Under the pieces are notes generated by a model. That model saw only the letters and a list, made by a program, of their open reading frames with translations, ran no database searches and was not told where the DNA came from. A stretch of 64,000 bases of DNA, taken from the NCBI RefSeq assembly GCF_009914755.1, contig NC_060940.1; one strand, 5' to 3'. This DNA is from the human T2T-CHM13v2.0 reference genome, Homo sapiens. Both the position numbers and the translations under genes were made by a program. Shown in pieces: positions 42,816 through 58,000 of the stretch (positions are counted from its first letter, which is position 1; every line of letters begins with the position of its first letter).

Positions 42816-45800
42816 GAGTCCATTTAATGAATCCATTGGTTTCAATTCTATGATGATTACATTGGATTACATTCGTTGATGATTTCATTCGGTTCCATTC
42901 AATGATGATTCCATTCAATTCCTTTCAATGTTTCCATTCAATTCCATACGATGATGATTCCATTTGATTTGATTCGACAGTGAGCCATTCGATTCAATTC
43001 CATGATGATTCTATTTGATTCAATTGGTTGACATTTCCATTCGATTCCATTCGATGATGATTCCCTTTGATTCCGTTCAAAGATGATTCCATTCTAGCCC
43101 ATTCAATCATTCCATTCGATTCTATTCAATGATGATTCCATTCATGTCGATTTGGTGATTCCATTTGACTTCATTTGATGATGATTCCTTTCAAGTTCAT
43201 TAGATGATTCCATTCGATTCCATTTGATGATGATCCCATTCGAGTCCATTCAGTGATTCCATTCGTTTCCATTCCATGATGATTCCATTCCTTTCCATTC
43301 AATGATTCCATTCGATTCCGTTTGATGATGATTTCATTCGAGTCCATTTGATGATTCCATTTGATTCCATTCGATGATGATTCCATTCGAGTCCATTCGA
43401 TGATTCTATTCGAATCCATTTGATGATTTCTTTTGATTATTTTTGGTGATGATTCCATTGGAGTCCATTCAATGATTCCATTCTATTCCAATCGATGATG
43501 ATTCCATTAGAGTCCATTTAATGATTCCATTTGATTCCAGTCTCTGATGATTACATTCGTGTCCATACGATGATTCCACTCAATTCCATATGATGATGAT
43601 TCCATTTGATTCCATTCGGTGATTCCATTCTATTCTATTCAATGGTGATTCCATTCGAGTACATTAGATGATTCCATTCGATTCCATTCAATGATGATTC
43701 TATTTGTGTCCCTTAGATGATTCCACATGATTCCATTACATGATGATACTATTTGAGCCCATCCAATGATTCCCTTCGATTCCATTCGATGAGGATTCCA
43801 TTCGATTCAATTCATTGGTGATTCTATTCAATTCAATTCTTTGATTCCATTCCATTCCATTCGACAATGATTCCATTCGATTTCTTTCGATGATTCCACT
43901 CGATTCCACTTGACATTGATTCCATTCGATTCCATTCAATGATTCCATTTGATTCCAGTGGATGATGATTGCCATCGATTCCATTCGATCACTCCATTCT
44001 ATTCCATTTGATGATGATTACATTCGATTCCATTTGATGATTCCATCTGATTCTATTCGAGGATTCCATTTGATTCCATTCGATGATGATTCCATTCGAG
44101 TCCATTTGATGATTTCATTCGAGTACATCCAATGATTCCATTCGAGTCCATTAGATGATTCCATTTGATTCCATTTGAAAATGATTCTACTAGAGTCCAT
44201 TCAATGACTCCATTCGAGTCCATTCAACAATTCCATTCGACTCCATTCGATGATTCCATTCGATTCCATTTGATGGTTCCATTCGAGTCCATTTAATCAT
44301 TACAGTCGAGTCCATTTGGTGATTCCAATGGATTTCTTTTGATAATGATACCATTCCATTACATTTGATGATGATCCCATTCAATTTCATTTGATGATGA
44401 TTCCATTAGAGTCCATTCGATGATTTCATTCGAGTCCCTTCATTGATTCCATCCGATTTCATTGGATGATGACTCCATTCGAGTCCATTCGATGATTCCA
44501 CTCGATTCCATTAGATGACTCCATTGGAGTCCATTTGATTGTTCCATTCGATTCCATTCGATTCCTTTCGAAGATTATTCCATTTGAGTCCATTCGATGA
44601 TGATTCCATTCCATTCCATTCGATGATTCCGTTTGATTCCATTCGATGATTCCCTTCGATTCCTTTCTTTGATGATTCCATTCCATTCCATTCAATGATT
44701 CCATTCGAATCTATTCCATGATGATTCCTTTCGATTCCATTCGCTGATGTTTCCGTTCAATTCCATTCGATGATGATTCCATTCGATTCCATTCATTGAG
44801 GATTCCATTTGATTCCTTTCAATGATGATTCCATTCTATTCCATTCAATGATTGCATTCAATTCCATTCAATGATTATCCCATTAGAGTAAACTCAACGA
44901 TTCCATTCAATACCATTCAATGATGATTCCTTTTGAGTCCATTCAATGATTTCATTCAAGTCCATTTGATGATTCCTTTCAATTCCATTCTATGATGATT
45001 CCATTCGAGTCCATTCGATGATTCCATTCGATTGCATTCGATGATTCCATTATATTCCATTCAACGATGATTCCATTCGAGTCCATTCCATGATTCCATT
45101 AGAGTACATTTAATGATTGCTTTGTTTTCAATTCGAAGATGATTACATTGGATTCCATTCTATGATACCATTCGATTCCATTCAATGATGATTCCACTCA
45201 AATCCATTGGATGATTCCATTCGTGTCCATTCGGTGATTTCATTAGATTCCATTCGAGGATGATTCCATTCGATTCCATTCGATGATTCCATTCAATTCC
45301 ATTCGATGATGATTCCATTCCAGTCCATATGATCATTCCATTTGATTTCATTCGATGATGATTCCATTCGATTCCTTTCGACGATTCCATTCTATTCCAT
45401 TCGATGATGATTCCATTCGAGTCCATTCGATGATTCCATTCGAGTCCATTTAATGATTCCATTGGGTTCAATTCAATGATGATTACATTGGATTCCGTTC
45501 TATGATTCCATTCAATTCCGTTCATTGACAATTTGATTCCATTCGATGATGATTCCATTTGAGTTCATTCGATGATTCTATTCGATTCTCTTCGATGGTG
45601 ATTCAATTCTATTATATTGGATGATTCCATTCGATTCCATTTGATGTTGATTCAATTCGATTCTATTCGATGATGATTCCATTGGATTTCACTTGATGAT
45701 TCTATTCGATTCCATTCAATGATGATTCACTTCTCGTCCATTGGATGATTCCATTTCATTCCATTCGATGATGATTCCATTCGATTCCATTCGATGATTC

Positions 45801-48800
45801 CATTTGATTCCATGCGACGGTGAGCAATTCGATTCAATTCCATGATGATTCTATTTGATTCAATTAGATGATGTTTCCATTCGAATCCATTCCATGATTA
45901 TTCCATTGGAATCCATTCGGCGATGATTCCATATGAGTCAATTCAATGATGATTCCATATGGGTCCGTTCGATGATAATTCCATTTGATTTCATTCGATG
46001 CTTCTATTCTATTCCAGTCGATGATGATTCCGTTGGAGTCCATACGATGATTCCATTTGATTTCATTTGATGATGATTCCATTCGATGATGATTACATTG
46101 GATTCCATTCTATGATTCCATTCAATTCCATTCGTTGATGATTCGATTCCATTCAATGATGATTCCATTTGAGTTCATTCGATGATTCTATTCGATTCCG
46201 TTCGATGGTGATTCAATTCTATTATATTGGATGATTCCACTCGATTCCATTTGATGATTATTCCATTGGAGTCCACTTAGTGAATCCTTTAGATTCTACT
46301 CGACGATGATTCCATTCGAGTCCATTCGATGATACCATTCAATTCCATTCGTTGATGCGTCCATTCAAGTGCATTCGATGATATCATTCGATTCCATTTG
46401 ATGATAATTCCATTTGATTCCATGCGATGATTCTATTCGATTCCATTCAATGATAATTCCATTCAATTCAGTGATTCCTCTGGACTCCATTTGATGATGA
46501 TTCCATTCAATGATTCCATTCGATTCTATTCGAAAATGATTCCATTTGAATCCATTTGATGATGATTCCATTAGATTCCATTTGATGATTCTATTCGATT
46601 CCATTCGACGATGATTCCATTCGATTCCATTTGATGATTCCATTCTATTCTATTCGATGATGATTCCATTTGATTCCATTCGATGATGATTGGATTCGAT
46701 TCCATTTGATGATTTCATTTGATTCCATTCGATAATGATTTTGATCAATTCCATTCGATGATTCCATTCGATTCCATTCGATAATGATTACATCCGAGTC
46801 CATTCGATGATTCCATTTGAGCCCGTTCGATAATTCCATTTGAGTCCAATCAATGATTGCATTCATTTCCATTCAATGATTCCATTCGAGTCCATTTGAT
46901 CATTCCGGTAGGGTCCGTTCGATGTTGATTCCATTGGAGTGCATTCGATGTTTCCATTCGAGTCCAATTTATGATTTGGTTCGAGTCCTTTCGATGATTC
47001 CATTCGATTCCACTCGATGATGATTTCATTCGAGTCCATTCGACACTTCCAATCGATTCCATTTGATGTTTCCTTTCGAGTCCAATTGATGATTCCATTC
47101 AATTCCATTCGATGATGATTCCGTACGATTCCACTCTGTGATGATTCCAAGTGATTGCATTCAATGATGATTCCTTTCGATTGCATTCGATTATGATTCA
47201 TTTCGTGTTCATTCTATGGTTCCACAGGTTTCCATTCGTGTCCATTCCATTATTCCATTCTATTCCATTTGATGATGATTCCATTCGATTCCATTCATTG
47301 GTGATTCCACTCAATTCCATTCAATGATTCCATTCCATTTCTTTCAACAATGATTCCATTAGTTTCTAATCGATGATCCACTTGATTCCATTTGACGACG
47401 ATTCCATTCTTGTCCATTCGATGATTCCATTTGATTCCATATGATGATGATTCCATTCGATTCCATACCATGATGATTCCATTCGAGTCCATTCAATGGT
47501 GATTCCATTCAATTCCATTCGATGATTCCTTTCGATTCCATTCAATGATGATGGCATTCGATTCCTTTCAATCATTCCCTTTGATTCCATTCAAAGGTGA
47601 TTTCATTCAAGTCCATTCGATAATTGCATTCGATTCCATTCTATGATGATTCCATTCGAGTCCATTTGATGATTCCATTCAATTCAAGTCAATGATGATT
47701 CCATTCAATTCCATTCGATGATTCCATTGGATTCCATTCGATGATGATTCCATTCAAATCCATTCGATAATTCAATTCAAGTCCATTCGATGATGATTCC
47801 AATCGAATCCATTCAAAGATTCCATTCTGTTCCATTCGATGATTCCCTTAGATTCCATTCGATGATTCCACTTGATTGCATTTACGATGATTCCATTCGA
47901 TTCCATGTGATGATTCCATTCAATTCTATTCAATGATGTCTCCATTTGATTCCATTCGACCATGATTGCCTTTGATTCCATTCAATGATTCCATTCGGTT
48001 CCGTTTGATGATGATTCCGTTCGATTCCATTTGATGATTCCATTTGATTCCATTGGATGAGTCCATTCGATTACATTCGATGATTATTCCATTCGAGTGC
48101 ATTAGATGATTCCATTCGAGTCCATTCGATGATTCCATTCGATTCCATTCGATGTTGATTCTGTTCAAATCCATTCGATGATTCCACTCGATTCCATTCG
48201 TTGACTCCATTTGATCCCATTTGATGATTTCCTTTGATTCCCTTTGATGATCATTCCATTTGATTCAATTCGGTGATTTCATTTGATTCCATTCAGTGAT
48301 GTTTCCATTCGACTCCATTCGATGATGATTCCATTCGACTCCATTCGATTATGATTTCATTCAATTCCATTCGATAATGATTCCCTTCGAGTCCATTCGA
48401 TGATTCCATTCGATTCCATTCAACGATGATTTGATTCGTGTCCATTCGATGATTCCATTTGATTCCACTTGACGATGATTCCATTCGAGTCCATTTGATG
48501 ATTCAATTCAATTCCATACTCCGATGATTTCTTTTGAGCCCACTCAATGCTTCCACTCGATTCCATATGATGATGACTCCATTCGATGAAATTCGATGAT
48601 GATTCCATTCGCTTGCTTTCGATGATGATTCCACTTGAGTCCGTTAGAAGATTCTATTCAATTACATTCCATGACGATTCCGTTCGAGTCCATTTGATGA
48701 TTCCATTAGACTCCATTCGACGATGATTCCATTCGATGTTATTCCATGATTCCATTCGATCTCATTCGATGATGATTCCATTCAACTCCATTCGATGTTT

Positions 48801-48927
48801 CCATTCGAGTTCATTCTATTATTCCATTAGATTCCATTCGATGATGATTCCATTCGATTCCATTTGATGATTGCATTCTATTTCATTTGATGATGATTCC
48901 ATTCGAGTCCACTCGATGATTCCATTC
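42816..48927 (+). repeat. 6.1-kb HSat2 unit 8 (6112 bp; chimeric, first half like units 6/7, second half like units 9/10)
   Basis: Landmark at 42816 and 48928; no extra decamer at ~46077, but GATGCGTCC at ~46359 and ATTCAATTCAATTCC at ~48505 are shared with units 9 and 10. Confidence 0.92.
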
Positions 48928-51900
48928 GAGTCCATTTAATGAATCCATTGGTTTCAATTCTATGATGATTACATTGGATTCCATTCGTTGATGAATTCAT
49001 TCGGCTCCATTCAATGATGATTCCATTCAATTCCTTTCAATGTTTCCATTCAATTCCATACGATGATGATTCCATTTGATTTGATTCGACAGTGAGCCAT
49101 TCGATTCAATTCCATGATGATTCTATTTGATTCAATTGGTTGACATTTCCATTCGATTCCATTCGATGATGATTCCCTTTGATTCCGTTCAAAGATGATT
49201 CCATTCTAGCCCATTCAATCATTCCATTCGATTCTATTCAATGATGATTCCATTCATGTCGATTTGGTGATTCCATTTGACTTCATTTGATGATGATTCC
49301 TTTCAAGTTCATTAGATGATTCCATTCGATTCCATTTGATGATGATCCCATTCGAGTCCATTCAGTGATTCCATTCGTTTCCATTCCATGATGATTCCAT
49401 TCCTTTCCATTCAATGATTCCATTCGATTCCGTTTGATGATGATTTCATTCGAGTCCATTTGATGATTCCATTTGATTCCATTCGATGATGATTCCATTC
49501 GAGTCCATTCGATGATTCTATTCGAATCCATTTGATGATTTCTTTTGATTATATTTGGTGATGATTCCATTGGAGTCCATTCAATGATTCCATTCGATTC
49601 CAATTGATGATGATTCCATTAGAGTCCATTTAATGATTCCATTTGATTCCAGTCTCTGATGATTACATTCGAGTCCATACGATGATTCCACTCAATTCCA
49701 TATGATGATGATTCCATTCGATTCCATTCGATGATTCCATTCTATTCTATTCAATGGTGATTCCATTCGAGTACATTAGATGATTCCATTCGATTCCATT
49801 CAATGATGATTCTATTTGTGTCCCTTAGATGATTCCACATGATTCCATTAGATGATGATACTATTTGAGCCCATCCAATGATTCCCTTCGATTCCATTCG
49901 ATGAGGATTCCATTCGATTCAATTCATTGGTGATTCTATTCAATTCAATTCTTTGATTCCATTCCATTCCATTCGACAATGATTCCATTCGATTTCTTTC
50001 GATGATTCCACTCGATTCCACTTGACATTGATTCCATTCGATTCCATTCAATGATTCCATTTGATTCCAGTGGATGATGATTGCCATCGATTCCATTCGA
50101 TCACTCCATTCTATTCCATTTGATGATGATTACATTCGATTCCATTTGATGATTCCATCTGATTCTATTCGAGGATTCCATTTGATTCCATTCGATGATG
50201 ATTCCATTCGAGTCCATTCGATGATTTCATTCGAGTACATCCAATGATTCCATTCGTGTCCATTTGATGATTCCATTTGTTTCCATTTGATTATGATTCT
50301 ACTAGAGTCCATTCAATGACTCCATTCGAGTGCATTCAACAATTCCATTCGACTCCATTCGATGATTGCATTCGATTCCATTTGATGATTCCATTCGAGT
50401 CCATTTAATCATTACAGTCGAGTCCATTTGGTGATTCCACTGGATTTCTTTTGATAATGATACCATTCCATTACATTTGATGATGATCCCATTCAATTTC
50501 ATTTGATGATGATTCCCTTAGAGTCCATTCGATGATTTCATTCGAGTCCTTTCATTGATTCCATCCGATTTCATTTGATGATGACTCCATTCGAGTCCAT
50601 TCGATGATTCCACTCGATTCCATTAGATGATTCCATTGGAGTCCATTTCATTGTTCCATTCGATTCCATTCGATTCCTTTCGAAGATTATTCCATTTGAG
50701 TCCATTCGATGATGATTACATTCCATTCCATTCGATGATTCCATTTGATTCCATTTGATGATTCCCTTCGATTCCTTTCTTTGATGACTGCATTCCATTC
50801 CATTCAATGTTTCCATTCGAATCTATTCCATGATGATTCCTTTCGATTCCATTCGCTGATGTTTCCGTTCAATTCCATTCGATGATGATTCCATTCGATT
50901 CCATTCATTGAGGATTCCATTTGATTCCATTCAATGATGATTCCGTTCTATTCCATTCAATGATTGCATTCAATTCCATTCAATGATTATCCCATTAGAG
51001 TAAACTCAACGATTCCATTCAATACCATTCGATGATGATTCCTTTTGAGTTCATTCAATGATTTCATTCAAGTCCATTTGATGATTCCTTTCAATTCCAT
51101 TCTATGATGATTCCATTCGAGTCCATTCGATGATTCCATTCGATTGCATTCCATGATTCCATTATATTCCATTCAACGGTGATTCCATTCGAGTCCATTC
51201 GATGATTCCATTAGAGTACATTTAATGATTGCTTTGTTTTCAATTCGAAGATGATTACATTCGATTCCATTCTATGATACCATTCGATTCCATTCAATGA
51301 TGATTCCACTCAAATCCATTGGATGATTCCATTCGTGTCCATTCGGTGATTTCATTAGATTCCATTCGAGGATGATTCCTTTCGATTCCATTCGATGATT
51401 CCATTCAATTCCATTCGATGATGATTCCATTCGAGTCCATATGATCATTCCATTTGATTTCATTCGATGATGATTCCATTCGATTCCATTCGATGATTCC
51501 ATTCTATTCCTTTCGATGATGATTCCATTCGAGTCCATTCGATGATTCCATTCGAGTCCATTTAATGATTCCATTGGGTTCAATTCGATGATGATTACAT
51601 TGGATTCCGTTCTATGATTCCATTCAATTCCGTTCATTGACAATTTGATTCCATTCGATGATGATTCCATTTGAGTTCATTCGATGATTCTATTCGATTC
51701 TCTTCGATGGTGATTCAATTATATTATATTGGATGATGCCATTCGATTCCATTTGATGTTGATTCAATTCGATTCTATTCGATGATGATTCCATTGGATT
51801 TCACTTGATGATTCTATTCGATTCCATTCAATGATGATTCACTTCTCGTCCATTGGATGGTTCCATTTCATTCCATTCGATGATGATTCCATTCGATTCC

Positions 51901-54900
51901 ATTCGATGATTCCATTTGATTCCATTCGACGGTGACCAATTCGATTCAATTCCATGATGATTCTATTTGATTCAATTAGATGATGTTTCCATTCGAATCC
52001 ATTCCATGATTATTCCATTGGAATCCATTCGGCGATGATTCCATATGAGTCAATTCAATGATGATTCCATATGGGTCCGTTCGATGATAATTCCATTTGA
52101 TTTCATTCGATGCTTCTATTCAATTCCAGTTGATGATGATTCCGTTGGAGTCCATACGATGATTCCATTTGATTTCATTTGATGATGATTCCATTCGATT
52201 CCATTCGATGATGATTACATTGGATTCCATTCTATGATTCCATTCAATTCCATTCGTTGATGATTCGATTCCATTCAATGATGATTCCATTTGAGTTCAT
52301 TCGATGATTCTATTCGATTCCGTTCGATGGTGATTCAATTCTATTATATTGGATGATTCCACTCGATTCCATTTGATGATTATTCCATTGGAGTCCACTT
52401 AGTGAATCCTTTAGATTCTACTCGACGATGATTCCATTCGAGTCCATTCGATGATACCATTCAATTCCATTCGTTGATGCGTCCATTCAAGTGCATTCGA
52501 TGATATCATTCGATTCCATTTGATGATAATTCCATTTGATTCCATGCGATGATTCTATTCGATTCCATTCAATGATAATTCCATTCAATTCAGTGATTCC
52601 TCTGGACTCCATTTGATGATGATTCCATTCAATGATTCCATTCGATTCTATTCGAAAATGATTCCATTTGAATCCATTTGATGATGATTCCATTAGATTC
52701 CATTTGATGATTCTATTCGATTCCATTCGACGATGATTCCATTCGATTCCATTTGATGATTCCATTCTATTCTATTCGATGATGATTCCATTTGATTCCA
52801 TTCGATGATGATTGGATTCGATTCCATTTGATGATTTCATTTGATTCCATTCGATAATGATTTTGATCAATTCCATTCGATGATTCCATTCGATTCCATT
52901 CGATAATGATTACATCCGAGTCCATTCGATGATTCCATTTGAGCCCGTTCGATAATTCCATTTGAGTCCAATCAATGATTGCATTCATTTCCATTCAATG
53001 ATTCCATTCGAGTCCATTTGATCATTCCGGTAGGGTCCGTTCGATGTTGATTCCATTGGAGTGCATTCGATGTTTCCATTCGAGTCCAATTTATGATTTG
53101 GTTCGAGTCCTTTCGATGATTCCATTCGATTCCACTCGATGATGATTTCATTCGAGTCCATTCGACACTTCCAATCGATTCCATTTGATGTTTCCTTTCG
53201 AGTCCAATTGATGATTCCATTCAATTCCATTCGATGATGATTCCGTACGATTCCACTCTGTGATGATTCCAAGTGATTGCATTCAATGATGATTCCTTTC
53301 GATTGCATTCGATTATGATTCATTTCGTGTTCATTCTATGGTTCCACAGGTTTCCATTCGTGTCCATTCCATTATTCCATTCTATTCCATTTGATGATGA
53401 TTCCATTCGATTCCATTCATTGGTGATTCCACTCAATTCCATTCAATGATTCCATTCCATTTCTTTCAACAATGATTCCATTAGTTTCTAATCGATGATC
53501 CACTTGATTCCATTTGACGACGATTCCATTCTTGTCCATTCGATGATTCCATTTGATTCCATATGATGATGATTCCATTCGATTCCATACCATGATGATT
53601 CCATTCGAGTCCATTCAATGGTGATTCCATTCAATTCCATTCGATGATTCCTTTCGATTCCATTCAATGATGATGGCATTCGATTCCTTTCAATCATTCC
53701 CTTTGATTCCATTCAAAGGTGATTTCATTCAAGTCCATTCGATAATTGCATTCGATTCCATTCTATGATGATTCCATTCGAGTCCATTTGATGATTCCAT
53801 TCAATTCAAGTCAATGATGATTCCATTCAATTCCATTCGATGATTCCATTGGATTCCATTCGATGATGATTCCATTCAAATCCATTCGATAATTCAATTC
53901 AAGTCCATTCGATGATGATTCCAATCGAATCCATTCAAAGATTCCATTCTGTTCCATTCGATGATTCCCTTAGATTCCATTCGATGATTCCACTTGATTG
54001 CATTTACGATGATTCCATTCGATTCCATGTGATGATTCCATTCAATTCTATTCAATGATGTCTCCATTTGATTCCATTCGACCATGATTGCCTTTGATTC
54101 CATTCAATGATTCCATTCGGTTCCGTTTGATGATGATTCCGTTCGATTCCATTTGATGATTCCATTTGATTCCATTGGATGAGTCCATTCGATTACATTC
54201 GATGATTATTCCATTCGAGTGCATTAGATGATTCCATTCGAGTCCATTCGATGATTCCATTCGATTCCATTCGATGTTGATTCTGTTCAAATCCATTCGA
54301 TGATTCCACTCGATTCCATTCGTTGACTCCATTTGATCCCATTTGATGATTTCCTTTGATTCCCTTTGATGATCATTCCATTTGATTCAATTCGGTGATT
54401 TCATTTGATTCCATTCAGTGATGTTTCCATTCGACTCCATTCGATGATGATTCCATTCGACTCCATTCGATTATGATTTCATTCAATTCCATTCGATAAT
54501 GATTCCCTTCGAGTCCATTCGATGATTCCATTCGATTCCATTCAACGATGATTTGATTCGTGTCCATTCGATGATTCCATTTGATTCCACTTGACGATGA
54601 TTCCATTCGAGTCCATTTGATGATTCAATTCAATTCCATACTCCGATGATTTCTTTTGAGCCCACTCAATGCTTCCACTCGATTCCATATGATGATGACT
54701 CCATTCGATGAAATTCGATGATGATTCCATTCGCTTGCTTTCGATGATGATTCCACTTGAGTCCGTTAGAAGATTCTATTCAATTACATTCCATGACGAT
54801 TCCGTTCGAGTCCATTTGATGATTCCATTAGACTCCATTCGACGATGATTCCATTCGATGTTATTCCATGATTCCATTCGATCTCATTCGATGATGATTC

Positions 54901-55049
54901 CATTCAACTCCATTCGATGTTTCCATTCGAGTTCATTCTATTATTCCATTAGATTCCATTCGATGATGATTCCATTCGATTCCATTTGATGATTGCATTC
55001 TATTTCATTTGATGATGATTCCATTCGAGTCCACTCGATGATTCCATTC
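48928..55049 (+). repeat. 6.1-kb HSat2 unit 9 (6122 bp; type B)
   Basis: Landmark at 48928 and 55050; extra decamer at 52189-52208. Confidence 0.93.
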
Positions 55050-58000
55050 GAGTCCATTTAATGAATCCATTGGTTTCAATTCTATGATGATTACATTGGA
55101 TTCCATTCGTTGATGAATTCATTCGGCTCCATTCAATGATGATTCCATTCAATTCCTTTCAATGTTTCCATTCAATTCCATACGATGATGATTCCATTTG
55201 ATTTGATTCGACAGTGAGCCATTCGATTCAATTCCATGATGATTCTATTTGATTCAATTGGTTGACATTTCCATTCGATTCCATTCGATGATGATTCCCT
55301 TTGATTCCGTTCAAAGATGATTCCATTCTAGCCCATTCAATCATTCCATTCGATTCTATTCAATGATGATTCCATTCATGTCGATTTGGTGATTCCATTT
55401 GACTTCATTTGATGATGATTCCTTTCAAGTTCATTAGATGATTCCATTCGATTCCATTTGATGATGATCCCATTCGAGTCCATTCAGTGATTCCATTCGT
55501 TTCCATTCCATGATGATTCCATTCCTTTCCATTCAATGATTCCATTCGATTCCGTTTGATGATGATTTCATTCGAGTCCATTTGATGATTCCATTTGATT
55601 CCATTCGATGATGATTCCATTCGAGTCCATTCGATGATTCTATTCGAATCCATTTGATGATTTCTTTTGATTATATTTGGTGATGATTCCATTGGAGTCC
55701 ATTCAATGATTCCATTCGATTCCAATTGATGATGATTCCATTAGAGTCCATTTAATGATTCCATTTGATTCCAGTCTCTGATGATTACATTCGAGTCCAT
55801 ACGATGATTCCACTCAATTCCATATGATGATGATTCCATTCGATTCCATTCGATGATTCCATTCTATTCTATTCAATGGTGATTCCATTCGAGTACATTA
55901 GATGATTCCATTCGATTCCATTCAATGATGATTCTATTTGTGTCCCTTAGATGATTCCACATGATTCCATTAGATGATGATACTATTTGAGCCCATCCAA
56001 TGATTCCCTTCGATTCCATTCGATGAGGATTCCATTCGATTCAATTCATTGGTGATTCTATTCAATTCAATTCTTTGATTCCATTCCATTCCATTCGACA
56101 ATGATTCCATTCGATTTCTTTCGATGATTCCACTCGATTCCACTTGACATTGATTCCATTCGATTCCATTCAATGATTCCATTTGATTCCAGTGGATGAT
56201 GATTGCCATCGATTCCATTCGATCACTCCATTCTATTCCATTTGATGATGATTACATTCGATTCCATTTGATGATTCCATCTGATTCTATTCGAGGATTC
56301 CATTTGATTCCATTCGATGATGATTCCATTCGAGTCCATTCGATGATTTCATTCGAGTACATCCAATGATTCCATTCGTGTCCATTTGATGATTCCATTT
56401 GTTTCCATTTGATTATGATTCTACTAGAGTCCATTCAATGACTCCATTCGAGTGCATTCAACAATTCCATTCGACTCCATTCGATGATTGCATTCGATTC
56501 CATTTGATGATTCCATTCGAGTCCATTTAATCATTACAGTCGAGTCCATTTGGTGATTCCACTGGATTTCTTTTGATAATGATACCATTCCATTACATTT
56601 GATGATGATCCCATTCAATTTCATTTGATGATGATTCCCTTAGAGTCCATTCGATGATTTCATTCGAGTCCTTTCATTGATTCCATCCGATTTCATTTGA
56701 TGATGACTCCATTCGAGTCCATTCGATGATTCCACTCGATTCCATTAGATGATTCCATTGGAGTCCATTTCATTGTTCCATTCGATTCCATTCGATTCCT
56801 TTCGAAGATTATTCCATTTGAGTCCATTCGATGATGATTACATTCCATTCCATTCGATGATTCCATTTGATTCCATTTGATGATTCCCTTCGATTCCTTT
56901 CTTTGATGACTGCATTCCATTCCATTCAATGTTTCCATTCGAATCTATTCCATGATGATTCCTTTCGATTCCATTCGCTGATGTTTCCGTTCAATTCCAT
57001 TCGATGATGATTCCATTCGATTCCATTCATTGAGGATTCCATTTGATTCCATTCAATGATGATTCCGTTCTATTCCATTCAATGATTGCATTCAATTCCA
57101 TTCAATGATTATCCCATTAGAGTAAACTCAACGATTCCATTCAATACCATTCGATGATGATTCCTTTTGAGTTCATTCAATGATTTCATTCAAGTCCATT
57201 TGATGATTCCTTTCAATTCCATTCTATGATGATTCCATTCGAGTCCATTCGATGATTCCATTCGATTGCATTCCATGATTCCATTATATTCCATTCAACG
57301 GTGATTCCATTCGAGTCCATTCGATGATTCCATTAGAGTACATTTAATGATTGCTTTGTTTTCAATTCGAAGATGATTACATTCGATTCCATTCTATGAT
57401 ACCATTCGATTCCATTCAATGATGATTCCACTCAAATCCATTGGATGATTCCATTCGTGTCCATTCGGTGATTTCATTAGATTCCATTCGAGGATGATTC
57501 CTTTCGATTCCATTCGATGATTCCATTCAATTCCATTCGATGATGATTCCATTCGAGTCCATATGATCATTCCATTTGATTTCATTCGATGATGATTCCA
57601 TTCGATTCCATTCGATGATTCCATTCTATTCCTTTCGATGATGATTCCATTCGAGTCCATTCGATGATTCCATTCGAGTCCATTTAATGATTCCATTGGG
57701 TTCAATTCGATGATGATTACATTGGATTCCGTTCTATGATTCCATTCAATTCCGTTCATTGACAATTTGATTCCATTCGATGATGATTCCATTTGAGTTC
57801 ATTCGATGATTCTATTCGATTCTCTTCGATGGTGATTCAATTATATTATATTGGATGATGCCATTCGATTCCATTTGATGTTGATTCAATTCGATTCTAT
57901 TCGATGATGATTCCATTGGATTTCACTTGATGATTCTATTCGATTCCATTCAATGATGATTCACTTCTCGTCCATTGGATGGTTCCATTTCATTCCATTC

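Noticed and set aside
24470-55049. A 4-unit (24,458-bp) super-repeat suggested by type B recurring at units 5 and 9
   Set aside because: Unit 10 is type B, not a copy of chimeric unit 6, and unit 1 is not type B, so the pattern does not repeat with a 4-unit period in this window.
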